Positions 24,062 to 32,555 of a stretch of DNA of 32,555 nucleotides are shown here, piece after piece. This DNA comes from Nitrososphaeraceae archaeon (lineage in GTDB: Archaea; Thermoproteota; Nitrososphaeria; Nitrososphaerales; Nitrosopumilaceae). The notes beneath the pieces were generated by a model, which was not told the origin of the DNA, made no database searches, and was given only the letters and a program-made list of their open reading frames with translations. The position numbers and the translations under genes were made by a program. The stretch spans positions 1-32,555 of the forward strand of contig JAICHE010000001.1 in the NCBI GenBank assembly GCA_025922755.1, in the 5' to 3' direction. Positions within the stretch are counted from its first letter, which is position 1; each line of letters opens with the position of its first letter.

Positions 24062-24781
24062 ATGCCTAAATTTTCTCAAAAAGAACTTGACGAAATTAAC
24101 CCTAGTCTAAAAACTGCTGAAGATGCTTTGCGCTGGGCATCAGATAATTTACATCCAAAAGTTGCTAAAGCATCAAGTTTTGGGGCAGAAGACTCTTTAT
24201 TGATTGATATGATGACAAAGATTAATCCTAAATTCCGATTTTTCACCTTAGATACTGGAAGATTACCAGAAGAAACTTATGATGTTATGGATAGATTATC
24301 AAAAAAATATAATGTAAAATTTGAAGTGATGTTTCCTGATGCACAAGAAGTAAAAGAAATGGTTGAATCAAAGGGAATCAATTTATTTTATGACAGTGTT
24401 GAAAACAGAAGACTTTGCTGTGGAATAAGGAAAGTAAAACCACTACGAAAAATGCTTTCCACATTAGATGGTTGGATAACTGGAATTCGAAGAGATCAAA
24501 CCTCTACTAGAGAAAATGCAAAGATGCTTGAAATTGATGAAAAATACGATGGAATAGTAAAAGTGAATCCATTACTTGACTGGAATTGGGACCAAGTATG
24601 GAAGTATATCAAAGACAATAACGTTCCTTACCATTCCCTTCTTGACAAGGGATTTCCAAGTATTGGGTGTGAACCATGCACACGGGCCATTAGTGAAGGT
24701 GAAGATTTAAGAGCGGGTCGATGGTGGTGGGAAAATGATGAAACCAAAGAATGTGGATTACACATGCCTGATGGAGTGTAA
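24062..24781 (+). CDS. cysH: Adenylyl-sulfate (APS) / PAPS reductase, thioredoxin-dependent, Fe-S-cluster type
   Basis: 239 aa. C-terminal catalytic ECGLH, plus the Cys-Cys ... Cys-x-x-Cys set ([10 protein letters not shown] and GCEPCT) that marks the [4Fe-4S] APS-reductase subclass. Confidence 0.9.
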   Translation: MPKFSQKELDEINPSLKTAEDALRWASDNLHPKVAKASSFGAEDSLLIDMMTKINPKFRFFTLDTGRLPEETYDVMDRLSKKYNVKFEVMFPDAQEVKEMVESKGINLFYDSVENRRLCCGIRKVKPLRKMLSTLDGWITGIRRDQTSTRENAKMLEIDEKYDGIVKVNPLLDWNWDQVWKYIKDNNVPYHSLLDKGFPSIGCEPCTRAISEGEDLRAGRWWWENDETKECGLHMPDGV

Positions 24782-24783
24782 TA

Positions 24784-25923
24784 ATGAGTAATGAGCAGAT
24801 CAAACCTCACGGTGGAGTTTTAGTAAATCGAATAAACAAAATTGACGCTTCTGGAATGCATTCAATTTCCATTTCAGAAGATCTTGCAAATGATGTTGAA
24901 AATATTGCCGATGGGATTTTTAGTCCTTTGGAAGGATTTTTGGGACAGCAAGACTTTGAAAGTGTGGTTGCAAAAGGAAGATTGTCAAACGGTTTGGCTT
25001 GGACAATCCCCATTGTTTTAGATGTAGAGGAGTCAACTGCAAATAAATTAAAAGAAGAAGGCGATGTACTACTAAAAAATCATCAGGGACTAGGTGTTGC
25101 AGTTTTACATGTAGAGGAAACTTTCTCTTTTGATAAAGAAAAAACTGCAAATGGTGTTTATGGAACTAATGATACTTCCCATCCAGGTGTAGCCAAAACC
25201 ATGGCCATGAAGGATTTTCTTGTTGGCGGTAAAATTGATTATATTCAAAGACCTGAGGATACAGAAATTAGAAAGAATAGATTAACTCCTTTACAAACCA
25301 GAGAAGCGTTTTCCCAAGCGGGATGGAAAACAATTTGTGCATTTCAAACAAGAAATCCACCACATGTTGCGCACGAAATGCTACAAAAGACATCCATTAC
25401 TACAAGAGATGGTGTCTTTGTAAATCCAATCATTGGAAAGAAAAAATCTGGAGATTTTGTAGATGAGGTAATCATAAAATGCTATGAAACTATGATTCAA
25501 AATTATTATCCTGAAAACAGATGCAAACTTGGAACACTACATACAGAAATGAAATATGCAGGTCCAAAAGAAGCAATTCATCATGCAATCATGAGACAAA
25601 ATTATGGTTGCACGCATATTATTATTGGCAGAGATCACGCAGGAGTAGGAAAGTTCTATGATCCTTTTGCAGCACAAAAAATATTTGATGATTATCCAGA
25701 ATTAGACATAAAACCTGTATTCTTTCCTGCCTTTTTCTATTGCAGGAAATGTCTTACGTATACAAATCCAAAGGCATGTCCACATGGTGATGATGCCAAA
25801 GAGCAAATTAGCGGTACTGCCTTAAGAGAAATGATTCAAAATGGTCAAGCACCATCCGAATTTATCCTAAGACCTGAGGTAGCAAAGGTAATCTTGGATT
25901 ATCCACATCCCTTCGTTGACTAG
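24784..25923 (+). CDS. sat: Sulfate adenylyltransferase (ATP sulfurylase)
   Basis: 379 aa. [11 protein letters not shown] and GRDHAG motifs. Starts 2 nt after cysH. Confidence 0.9.
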   Translation: MSNEQIKPHGGVLVNRINKIDASGMHSISISEDLANDVENIADGIFSPLEGFLGQQDFESVVAKGRLSNGLAWTIPIVLDVEESTANKLKEEGDVLLKNHQGLGVAVLHVEETFSFDKEKTANGVYGTNDTSHPGVAKTMAMKDFLVGGKIDYIQRPEDTEIRKNRLTPLQTREAFSQAGWKTICAFQTRNPPHVAHEMLQKTSITTRDGVFVNPIIGKKKSGDFVDEVIIKCYETMIQNYYPENRCKLGTLHTEMKYAGPKEAIHHAIMRQNYGCTHIIIGRDHAGVGKFYDPFAAQKIFDDYPELDIKPVFFPAFFYCRKCLTYTNPKACPHGDDAKEQISGTALREMIQNGQAPSEFILRPEVAKVILDYPHPFVD

Positions 25924-25954
25924 ATATTTATTCAATCGATAAACTATCCTGTTT

Positions 25955-26620
25955 ATGAAGTACCTAATTACATTAATCATATTCTCAGGATTTTTTACGT
26001 CGGCCTTTGCTCAAGAAGAAGTAAAAAATCCATCAATTATCATCAATACACTTGAAATTCCTTTTGAAGATTTTAACACTATTTCCCGTGATGCTACAGT
26101 CTTTGAATTAGAAGAAAGTCACGCAATTAGTTGGAATATTACAATAGATAACAATCTTGTATATGCAAATCCTGATGGAAACGCAGTTTTGAAACTTTAC
26201 GATAAAAACTCTGATAAGTTCATTGAGGTAGGAATGGGTGGGCCACCTAATGAAAAATTTTGGGTTGGAGTAAATGCTGAAAAAGAAGGATATGTAGTAG
26301 TGCAAAGTGATCTTGAAAGAGGTTGGTATCCTGGTGCAAAAGTTGCTCTTTCATATACAGAACGAGGAGGCTTAACAGTAAACAATGGAGTAAGAATTAC
26401 AGTATCTAGCCTTAATATTGGCTCATTTGAGGTAGGTTCCTACTCAGTTCATGGAATGGAGAGTCCAACCGATCCACCCGCTGTAAAATCAGGTGTAATG
26501 ATAGTTGAATTCCTTTCCGGAGACCCATCACAAAATGTATTTGCATTATTTCCCTTTTATCTTGCAGCAGGAATAGGTACTCTTGTAGGAGTTTTGTATT
26601 TGACTAAGAGACGTTCTTAG
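25955..26620 (+). CDS. Secreted protein with C-terminal membrane anchor / sorting-signal-like tail
   Basis: Signal peptide MKYLITLIIFSGFFTSAFA, a beta-rich ~170-aa domain, then a C-terminal FPFYLAAGIGTLVGVLYL helix followed by TKRRS. Confidence 0.6.
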   Translation: MKYLITLIIFSGFFTSAFAQEEVKNPSIIINTLEIPFEDFNTISRDATVFELEESHAISWNITIDNNLVYANPDGNAVLKLYDKNSDKFIEVGMGGPPNEKFWVGVNAEKEGYVVVQSDLERGWYPGAKVALSYTERGGLTVNNGVRITVSSLNIGSFEVGSYSVHGMESPTDPPAVKSGVMIVEFLSGDPSQNVFALFPFYLAAGIGTLVGVLYLTKRRS

Positions 26621-27281
26621 ATGAAAAATACTTGCAACTGTTTTTAATTTTACAGACCTCACACATAGGGGAAATAGGTTTGCATATATTTTGGCCATAC
26701 ATCACAAACGTGTCATTTATTTCAAGCCAAAATTTTTTAGGAATTTTTTTCATTAATTCCATTTCTGTTTCTTCTGGAGTTTTGGTATCCACCAATCCTA
26801 ATCTGTTCGAAATTCTATGAACATGAATATCAACTGGTATGGCTGGTTTATCAAAGGCATATACTAAAACACAATTTGCAGTTTTTCTACCTACACCTGG
26901 AAGTCCAACTAATTTTTCAAGATCATCTGGAACCTTTCCCCTATATCTAGAATCAATTATTTTGGCAACTTCGATAATTCGTTTTGCTTTAACGTGATAA
27001 AATCCAATTGATTTGATTATCTTTTCAATATCTTTTAATTTTGCATTTGCTAATTCTTTTGAATTTTTATATTTTGAAAATAATACTTTGACAACTTTTG
27101 TAGTGCTTTCGTCTTTGGTCCTTGCAGACAAAATAGTTCCAATAAGAATGCTAAAAGGCCCTCCAGTTTCAGCCTCATGCAATTCTCTAAGGGCTGTCAT
27201 TCTTGGAGGATTAACTGAGTTCATGGTTTTCATCATTCCTTGCAAGATTCGTTTCATTTCTATCTGATTTTTTACGTACAA
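26604..27281 (-). CDS. nth: Endonuclease III (HhH-GPD DNA glycosylase/lyase)
   Basis: HhH motif LVGLPGVGRKTANCVL and the [4Fe-4S] ligand pattern C-x6-C-x2-C-x5-C (CKPISPMCEVCKIKNSC). An internal Met (MKRIL or MKTM) may be the true start. Confidence 0.9.
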   Translation of the reverse strand: MYVKNQIEMKRILQGMMKTMNSVNPPRMTALRELHEAETGGPFSILIGTILSARTKDESTTKVVKVLFSKYKNSKELANAKLKDIEKIIKSIGFYHVKAKRIIEVAKIIDSRYRGKVPDDLEKLVGLPGVGRKTANCVLVYAFDKPAIPVDIHVHRISNRLGLVDTKTPEETEMELMKKIPKKFWLEINDTFVMYGQNICKPISPMCEVCKIKNSCKYFSSKNVS

Positions 27282-27311
27282 GTATTATATCTGTAATAAC
27301 AAATCAAACTA

Positions 27312-28466
27312 ATGGAGTTAACAAAAGAAGAAGAATCTGCCCTAAAAGGAGAACAGGGTGAAATTATGGAGATGGCATACAGAATTTTGGTTGCCACTGG
27401 AGAAGCTACTGATGCTGAAAAACTCATTCCAATTGAATGGGCACATCTCTCTGGAGTTAATTATAACACAATCGGAGATGCAGGAGAAGAATTCCTTGCA
27501 AGTATTAGTAAAGATGCAAGAGTTAAGGTAAAAACCAGTCTTAATCCAATGGGGTTTGATATTGATAATGTTTCAAGCTATAATCTGGATGATAATTTTA
27601 TCTCCAAACAACTTTCCATAAAACAATCCTATGAAAAAATGGGGGTAATTCCATCCTTTTCTTGTATTCCGTACGAAATTTTTGATATTCCCCAAGAAGG
27701 GACTCAAGTATCATTTGCTGAAAGTAATGCAGCAATTCATGCTAATTCCTTTGATAACTTGAAAACTAACAAGGAAAGTGCCTTCAGTGCACTTGCAAGT
27801 GCTTTAACCGGAAAAAGTCCATACTCTTCACTACGAAAAGAAGAATCCTCTAAACTTACCATTAGAATGAAGGTTGAGAATCCCAGTGAACTCACCTATG
27901 GAATGTTGGGATTTTTTGCAGGTAAAGTTGGAAACGAATCAGTAAATATTTCCGGAATTGGCAAAATGGATCGTCGTAGCTGCAAATCTCTATGTGGTGG
28001 AATGGGAACATCTGGAACATGTGCAAAATTCAATTTTAATGAGGATGATTCAGAATCTGAAGTTGTTGATTTTGATGAAAAAGAAATGAATGAAGTATAT
28101 GATCAATTAAACACAGCAGAAAAAGGTGACCTTATTACACTTGGTAGTCCTCAATTAGGATTAGAAGAAATTTCTGACCTGACTACCAAGCTAAAGGGAC
28201 GTTCATTCAAAAAAAGATGTATGATATTCTGTCCAAGAGCCGTAAAAGAACAAGCTACCAAATTAGGACATGTAGGTAAATTGGAAAAAGCTGGATGTGA
28301 AATTCTTTCTGATTGCTGTACTTGTCTTACACCCCTGATCAAAAAAGATGAAGTTGATGCTGTAACCACAAATAGCATTAAAGGAGCATATTATCTGAAA
28401 AATTCTAACGGAGTGGATGTTAATTTAAAATCATTATCTCAAATAATTGAAGATGAAACCAAATGA
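27312..28466 (+). CDS. Aconitase X catalytic subunit (DUF521); probable phosphomevalonate dehydratase large subunit
   Basis: 384 aa. The N-terminal LTKEEESALKGEQGEIMEMAYRILV...AEKLIPIEWAHLSG matches the AcnX/DUF521 start. Conserved Cys residues appear later in the protein. Confidence 0.8.
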   Translation: MELTKEEESALKGEQGEIMEMAYRILVATGEATDAEKLIPIEWAHLSGVNYNTIGDAGEEFLASISKDARVKVKTSLNPMGFDIDNVSSYNLDDNFISKQLSIKQSYEKMGVIPSFSCIPYEIFDIPQEGTQVSFAESNAAIHANSFDNLKTNKESAFSALASALTGKSPYSSLRKEESSKLTIRMKVENPSELTYGMLGFFAGKVGNESVNISGIGKMDRRSCKSLCGGMGTSGTCAKFNFNEDDSESEVVDFDEKEMNEVYDQLNTAEKGDLITLGSPQLGLEEISDLTTKLKGRSFKKRCMIFCPRAVKEQATKLGHVGKLEKAGCEILSDCCTCLTPLIKKDEVDAVTTNSIKGAYYLKNSNGVDVNLKSLSQIIEDETK

Positions 28467-28855
28467 GAAAAATTTTAGTAAAAGGCAAAACTCAAGGCAA
28501 AATTCTCAAATCAGAAAATCCAATTAACTTTCTTGGATCAGTAGATAAAAAAACTTCTGTAATAAGCGATGCACATCACGATTTATTCAAAAAATCTCTC
28601 AAAAATTCCATATTGGTTTTTCCATCTGGAGTAGGTAGCAGTGTTGGGGCGTACACAATCTATTCAATCAAATCCAACAATTCTGCACCACTTGCTATGG
28701 TTTGTCAAAAAGTGGATCTTACAGTTGCTACTGGGTGTGCACTTGCAAACATTCCTTTAATCACAGTTACAGACAAAGAGTTTTCTTCACTTAAAACTGG
28801 AATGGAAGTTCTATTAGATACCGAATCTCCTAATCCAATAACTTTTCTTGAATAA
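28463..28855 (+). CDS. Aconitase X swivel-domain subunit (DUF126); probable phosphomevalonate dehydratase small subunit
   Basis: 130 aa. G-x-x-x-G-x-IL...NFLGSVD...ILVFPSGVGSSVGAY pattern of DUF126. ATGA overlap with the large-subunit gene. Confidence 0.8.
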   Translation: MRKILVKGKTQGKILKSENPINFLGSVDKKTSVISDAHHDLFKKSLKNSILVFPSGVGSSVGAYTIYSIKSNNSAPLAMVCQKVDLTVATGCALANIPLITVTDKEFSSLKTGMEVLLDTESPNPITFLE

Positions 28856-29447
28856 TTTCTCCCATAGGCTCGGTTTCTTTAAAAACAAGGCCCTGAAATT
28901 TCTGAATTTGAGTTTCTTTGTTTTTCCAATAATCTTTAGGTAACCCTGCCTTTTCACATGTATGTTCAAGAAATTCTTTTTCATTCCATCCGTACTCAAC
29001 AGGAACTTGAGGCAACAGCAAACCAGAATTACATCCAAATTTCACAATTAGACCGTCCTTACCAATCTTGATTTTTGAAGGATATTCAATCGGATCTTTC
29101 ACATCGATTTTTTTAGGGGGAGTAAGAACTGTTACCTCAAAAGTAATAGAATCCAACTCTTCAAATTTCACTGGAGGAAATCTTGGATCTTCTGTGGCTG
29201 CGGCAATTGAAGCTTCTTCTAATGCATCAAACAATTTTTTGTCTGGAAGGGGATATCCTATACAACCACGTAATCCTAGTGGATTATTCAAAGTTACAAA
29301 AACTCCAGATTTGAATGAGAAATTTTCTTGAAAATTCTTTTCCAAAATTAACCTTGTACCATCTTTAAGAAATTCAGTAACAATTCTTCTTGCAGATTTT
29401 ACAAGAGTTTTACCGTCGCCTTCTGTAATTATTATGTCATCTTTCAT
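28830..29447 (-). CDS. AMMECR1-domain protein
   Basis: 205 aa with the family signature GVFVTL...LRGCIGYP and DPRFPPV. Confidence 0.85.
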   Translation of the reverse strand: MKDDIIITEGDGKTLVKSARRIVTEFLKDGTRLILEKNFQENFSFKSGVFVTLNNPLGLRGCIGYPLPDKKLFDALEEASIAAATEDPRFPPVKFEELDSITFEVTVLTPPKKIDVKDPIEYPSKIKIGKDGLIVKFGCNSGLLLPQVPVEYGWNEKEFLEHTCEKAGLPKDYWKNKETQIQKFQGLVFKETEPMGEIIQEKLLD

Positions 29448-29988
29448 TTAACTCACTTACAAATTTCTGTAGGTTTCTAATATGAGATCCTTCCCAAAAA
29501 ATTTTTCCACAATTTTTACATTCCCAAAATTTTGCATTTTGTTCTAAAATTTTGATTGGTATTTTGCTCTTTACATTGTCCTTGTTAACGGATTTTGTTT
29601 TAGTATTGCATAAAGGACATCTTGCTCTATCCCCATTAATTTCAATTATTTTCAAATTTAGTTTATCAATTATTTCGCGAAATTGTTTGGTCTCTTCTTT
29701 TTTTTCTAAAAATATAGAATTTATTTCAAGTTTTAAGGCCTTTTTAACAAGATTTTCATCTCGCGAAATTATTATTCTTTGTTCCTTTCTTGCTAAATTG
29801 ATCAAATCATCATCTTGAATATCTGGTTCATACTTAGAATCATATCCCATCAACCGTAATTTTTTAGCAATGTTTCCTAACATAGCATCTACAAAGAATG
29901 TTGGGTTATTTTCATTATCATACTGCATCCCCATATCCCACTTCTTTAATTTGACTTTGTCCAGCAGGTAAAGCTCTAACAAAATCAT
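29437..29988 (-). CDS. Mut7-C (DUF82) PIN-like RNase-domain protein with C-terminal zinc ribbon
   Basis: FFVDAMLGNIAKKLRLMGYDS is the conserved Mut7-C start. The C-terminal CPLCN ... CKNCGKIFWEGSH forms a zinc ribbon. The likely start is ATG 29934 or 29928, not the longest ORF. Confidence 0.8.
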   Translation of the reverse strand: MILLELYLLDKVKLKKWDMGMQYDNENNPTFFVDAMLGNIAKKLRLMGYDSKYEPDIQDDDLINLARKEQRIIISRDENLVKKALKLEINSIFLEKKEETKQFREIIDKLNLKIIEINGDRARCPLCNTKTKSVNKDNVKSKIPIKILEQNAKFWECKNCGKIFWEGSHIRNLQKFVSELNER

Positions 29989-31846
29989 CTATGCTAATTG
30001 GTTTTGTTATTTCTTCTTCAAGTTTAGAAAATTCCATCTTAATTTTTTTTGCAGCATCAACCATATCCAATCCATGTGGCTCAATAATTGCATAACAAAT
30101 TGAATCTTTTTTAATTGGATCAGGCGGACCTGAGGTTAAAAGATAGTGGTCATCCTGTGGGATTATGCCAACTGCTAAACGCAATGAAGGTATATTTACA
30201 AAATTCCTTTTTCCTTCAATAGTAAAGGAGCCTTTTGGAAGAAATTGTCCAGTAGGTGCTGATTTTTTTACTTGTTCAGGATTTACCCAAAAAGCACTTA
30301 ATCCATGCATTCCTTCTCTCCAAGCTCTGCTAAAACAAACTGTAGCATGAGCAACTTCGTCCATACTTTTTTTAGTTGGTTTTTCAGCATCTTTTAAAAT
30401 AAAAAATGGTGAACCAAAAATGTCACCATGAAATATTTTATCATTTTTTTTGAGATGTTTTCTTACAACTGCAGAATTAGATGGAGCATCCCGACCTCCA
30501 ATGGCAAGCATTCCATCAGAAGTAAAGAACCACCTGTATCTCTCATACCAATTTTTTTTCCTTACTTCTGCTACTAAAATTTCATTTTGTTGCGAACTTG
30601 ATTTATTCTTCAATTTTTCAAGTTTTTTCTTTGTCTTTTCTTTAATCTGCTCAATTGATTTTATCGCACCAGATTGTCGTTTTGCTTCATTAAACAAAAC
30701 AGAGGCAATAGATTGCAAGGATGCAGAAGGATCTATTTTGATTTTTTCTTCGTTTATTACAATTAGAGAAACTCCCTTTTCTTTTGATAACTGAGCATTA
30801 TTCGTGGCCATAATATCCCGTGCCCGTTCATCTTCAATGGAAATTATCCCTTTTGTGACCATTTCAAATAGAGAATTAGCCAAATTTGTGATATATCTTG
30901 ACTTTTCTTTAACAGTGTCCATCGCTTTTTCCTGTTCTGATATTTGAGTTTCAAGTTCCTTGATTTTTTTATCCGATTCCCCCGTTTGAAGAGTTTTGCC
31001 CTTTTCCACAATGTTTTCTGTAAAAACTTTATCCAATCCTTCCATGAAACTATTGACAGAGAAATATTCTTCAGATGGATCTAATTTAATCGGCATAACC
31101 TCGGTTTTATCATTACGAATTATTACAGGATCATGATTACCTGTGACTACATTGGTAACAATGGTTTTTGTTGTATGAAAGATTTTCTTAATTTCATCAT
31201 TGGTAAATTCATTTCCAATTTTTTTTGAATCAATATGTGCAGTGATAAATATTCCTTCCACATATTTTTTGGGTAAACCCAAAGTTCTACCTAACCATTT
31301 TCCTGCAATCAAATCCGTTTTTTTAAGATCATCAAAATCTGATTCTTTGATATTGAAAATATCTAGCCCACTTGGAGGAGGAGTAGCATATTTCATTCCT
31401 ACTCCTAATTTTCTATGTCTTACATCGATAGAATGTTGTAAAGCAAGAATTTTCATTTCTTCATTACAAAGCAAGATATTTCCATCTCCAAAAAACTCAG
31501 CAATAATTACAAACTCTTTATCAAATCCTGAAAATGTGAAATATGCTATTCTCTCAGATCCTATCTGTTCAATTTTTTTGATTTTAAATCTGAGAAGATC
31601 GCTTCTTAATCTTTTTAATAATTTGTTTGGTTCTATTTGATCTATCTTTACTGACGTTAACCAAAATCCAGAAGTAGAAATCATCATAAAAATATCTGCT
31701 TTTTCTGGATGGTGTAATTTGAATAAAATACTGTCCTTTGTTATTCCCCAAATATTACTAACATAGTAACCCTGTACCTCTTCAGAAATTCTATTTACAA
31801 GGAAATTAAGCTCTATTCCAGCAAGTGTCATAACAAATCCCTCCAA
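29918..31846 (-). CDS. NFACT-family protein (Rqc2/FbpA homologue; NFACT-N, coiled coil, DUF814/NFACT-R)
   Basis: 642 aa. N-terminal LNFLVNRISEEVQGYYVSNIW... (NFACT-N), a central Lys/Glu coiled coil, then the DUF814-type segment (WFFTSDGMLAIGGRDAPSNSAVVRKHLKKNDKIFHGDIFGSPFFILK). The likely start is the MTLAG Met at 31831. Confidence 0.85.
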   Translation of the reverse strand: MEGFVMTLAGIELNFLVNRISEEVQGYYVSNIWGITKDSILFKLHHPEKADIFMMISTSGFWLTSVKIDQIEPNKLLKRLRSDLLRFKIKKIEQIGSERIAYFTFSGFDKEFVIIAEFFGDGNILLCNEEMKILALQHSIDVRHRKLGVGMKYATPPPSGLDIFNIKESDFDDLKKTDLIAGKWLGRTLGLPKKYVEGIFITAHIDSKKIGNEFTNDEIKKIFHTTKTIVTNVVTGNHDPVIIRNDKTEVMPIKLDPSEEYFSVNSFMEGLDKVFTENIVEKGKTLQTGESDKKIKELETQISEQEKAMDTVKEKSRYITNLANSLFEMVTKGIISIEDERARDIMATNNAQLSKEKGVSLIVINEEKIKIDPSASLQSIASVLFNEAKRQSGAIKSIEQIKEKTKKKLEKLKNKSSSQQNEILVAEVRKKNWYERYRWFFTSDGMLAIGGRDAPSNSAVVRKHLKKNDKIFHGDIFGSPFFILKDAEKPTKKSMDEVAHATVCFSRAWREGMHGLSAFWVNPEQVKKSAPTGQFLPKGSFTIEGKRNFVNIPSLRLAVGIIPQDDHYLLTSGPPDPIKKDSICYAIIEPHGLDMVDAAKKIKMEFSKLEEEITKPISIDDFVRALPAGQSQIKEVGYGDAV

Positions 31847-31933
31847 ACGGGAAATTATACTCTTCCTGTTTTATGCTCATTTATTGACCAAAGATTTTAA
31901 ACGAGGATCACTTGAGACACACTAGAAATTTAC

Positions 31934-32410
31934 TTGGCCAAACACAAAAAGAAAACATCGAAACCTACTCCTGAGCCTGAAGACTCTAAGAAGGAATCTA
32001 TTGAGGAAAAGCCTGAAGAAATTCCAGAAACAGAGTCTCCAAATATAGCAGATTCAGCTCCAACAGAACCTACAACAAATCTTGTGGAAAGTAGCGAAAA
32101 AGATCGAAAACTAAACAAATTATTTTGGTTAAGAGTTGGACTTGCAGTTATTGCAGGAACTATTGCTACATTCATTTTTGAAGATATAGAAGGTGAAGAA
32201 AGAAGATGGGCTTCAATTGCCTTTATGATTATAATTTTTGCCGGAACAATTGTTGTTGCCAAAGGAATGAAGATGCAATTACCCTCTTCTGATAGAAAAA
32301 AAATTGTTACACAGGGAATTGGTAGTTATATTTTCTTGTACCTATTTACTTGGATTGTAACTTATACACTAGTGCATTCGGGAGATGCTTCCAGTGGAAT
32401 CAATATCTGA
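31934..32410 (+). CDS. Membrane protein with acidic/Pro-rich N-terminal tail (158 aa)
   Basis: TTG start. The first ~55 aa are low-complexity (KPTPEPEDSKKESIEEKPEEIPETE), followed by three hydrophobic helices. Confidence 0.5.
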   Translation: MAKHKKKTSKPTPEPEDSKKESIEEKPEEIPETESPNIADSAPTEPTTNLVESSEKDRKLNKLFWLRVGLAVIAGTIATFIFEDIEGEERRWASIAFMIIIFAGTIVVAKGMKMQLPSSDRKKIVTQGIGSYIFLYLFTWIVTYTLVHSGDASSGINI

Positions 32411-32441
32411 TTTCTTACATCAATTTAATCAGTGATCTTAG

Positions 32442-32555
32442 ATGTGGAATTATAAAACTCCGGGAATTCCTGATGAATATTTTGAAAGAACAGAAAAAGT
32501 ACCAATCACTAAAGAAGAAATAAGAACAATTCAGTTAAGCAAAGCAAGATTAAAG
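32442..32555 (+). CDS. cbiT: Cobalt-precorrin-6B C15-methyltransferase (decarboxylating), N-terminal fragment running off the window
   Basis: ATG 32442 opens a frame that stays open to the window end: MWNYKTPGIPDEYFERTEKVPITKEEIRTIQLSKARLK. This matches the conserved CbiT start (GIPDeeF...vPmTKeEvR). Only 38 codons are visible. Confidence 0.55.
   Translation, partial: MWNYKTPGIPDEYFERTEKVPITKEEIRTIQLSKARLK

Noticed and set aside
1-32555. Looked for CRISPR arrays, long tandem repeats, transposases/integrases, toxin-antitoxin pairs, restriction-modification or other recognisable defence genes, and compositional islands.
   Set aside because: None found. The only repeats are the short ones listed, composition looks uniform apart from the two small G+C-rich RNA-like islands, and the gene content is housekeeping or stress-related.

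Overview
AT-rich (by eye about two-thirds A+T), very gene-dense archaeal chromosomal segment. It carries about 46 protein-coding genes on both strands, with short or overlapping gaps, several TTG/GTG starts, and TATA-like boxes 20-30 nt upstream of start codons (leaderless-type transcripts). The gene content includes an ESCRT-III/CdvB homologue, a PAC2 proteasome-assembly chaperone, a GPN-loop GTPase, NFACT, an aconitase-X pair and preQ0/archaeosine genes. Together with the composition, this suggests a Nitrosopumilus-like ammonia-oxidising thaumarchaeon; that is inference, since no database search was possible. I saw no rRNA, canonical cloverleaf tRNA, CRISPR array, transposase, integrase or phage genes, so this looks like streamlined core genome rather than a mobile island. 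Functional blocks: (i) a stress/proteostasis cluster at 0.1-3.9 kb (USP, two 4xCBS proteins, PAC2, Hsp20); (ii) sulfur activation split into cysC-cysQ (6.9-8.3 kb) and cysH-sat (24.1-25.9 kb); (iii) a CdvB paralogue followed by a wHTH / membrane-tethered wHTH / secreted coiled-coil operon (10.3-14.3 kb); (iv) preQ0 genes queE-folE-queC (14.6-16.9 kb); (v) thrB and a GPN GTPase; (vi) envelope-type genes (UPF0104, SDR, GT-B glycosyltransferase); (vii) nth and the aconitase-X pair; (viii) an overlapping NFACT / Mut7-C / AMMECR1 operon (28.8-31.8 kb). The candidates most worth follow-up are: a CBS-sensor protein whose C-terminal ~100 aa read like a bacterial HPF/RaiA ribosome-hibernation domain; two G+C-rich structured-RNA islands that fit no RNA class I could recognise; a ThiI-like THUMP protein with a destroyed PP-loop next to the sulfate-assimilation genes; the membrane-tethered wHTH module behind the longest, repeat-containing intergenic region; and the NFACT / Mut7-C / AMMECR1 operon. 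All product calls rest on motif recognition by eye, not on searches.
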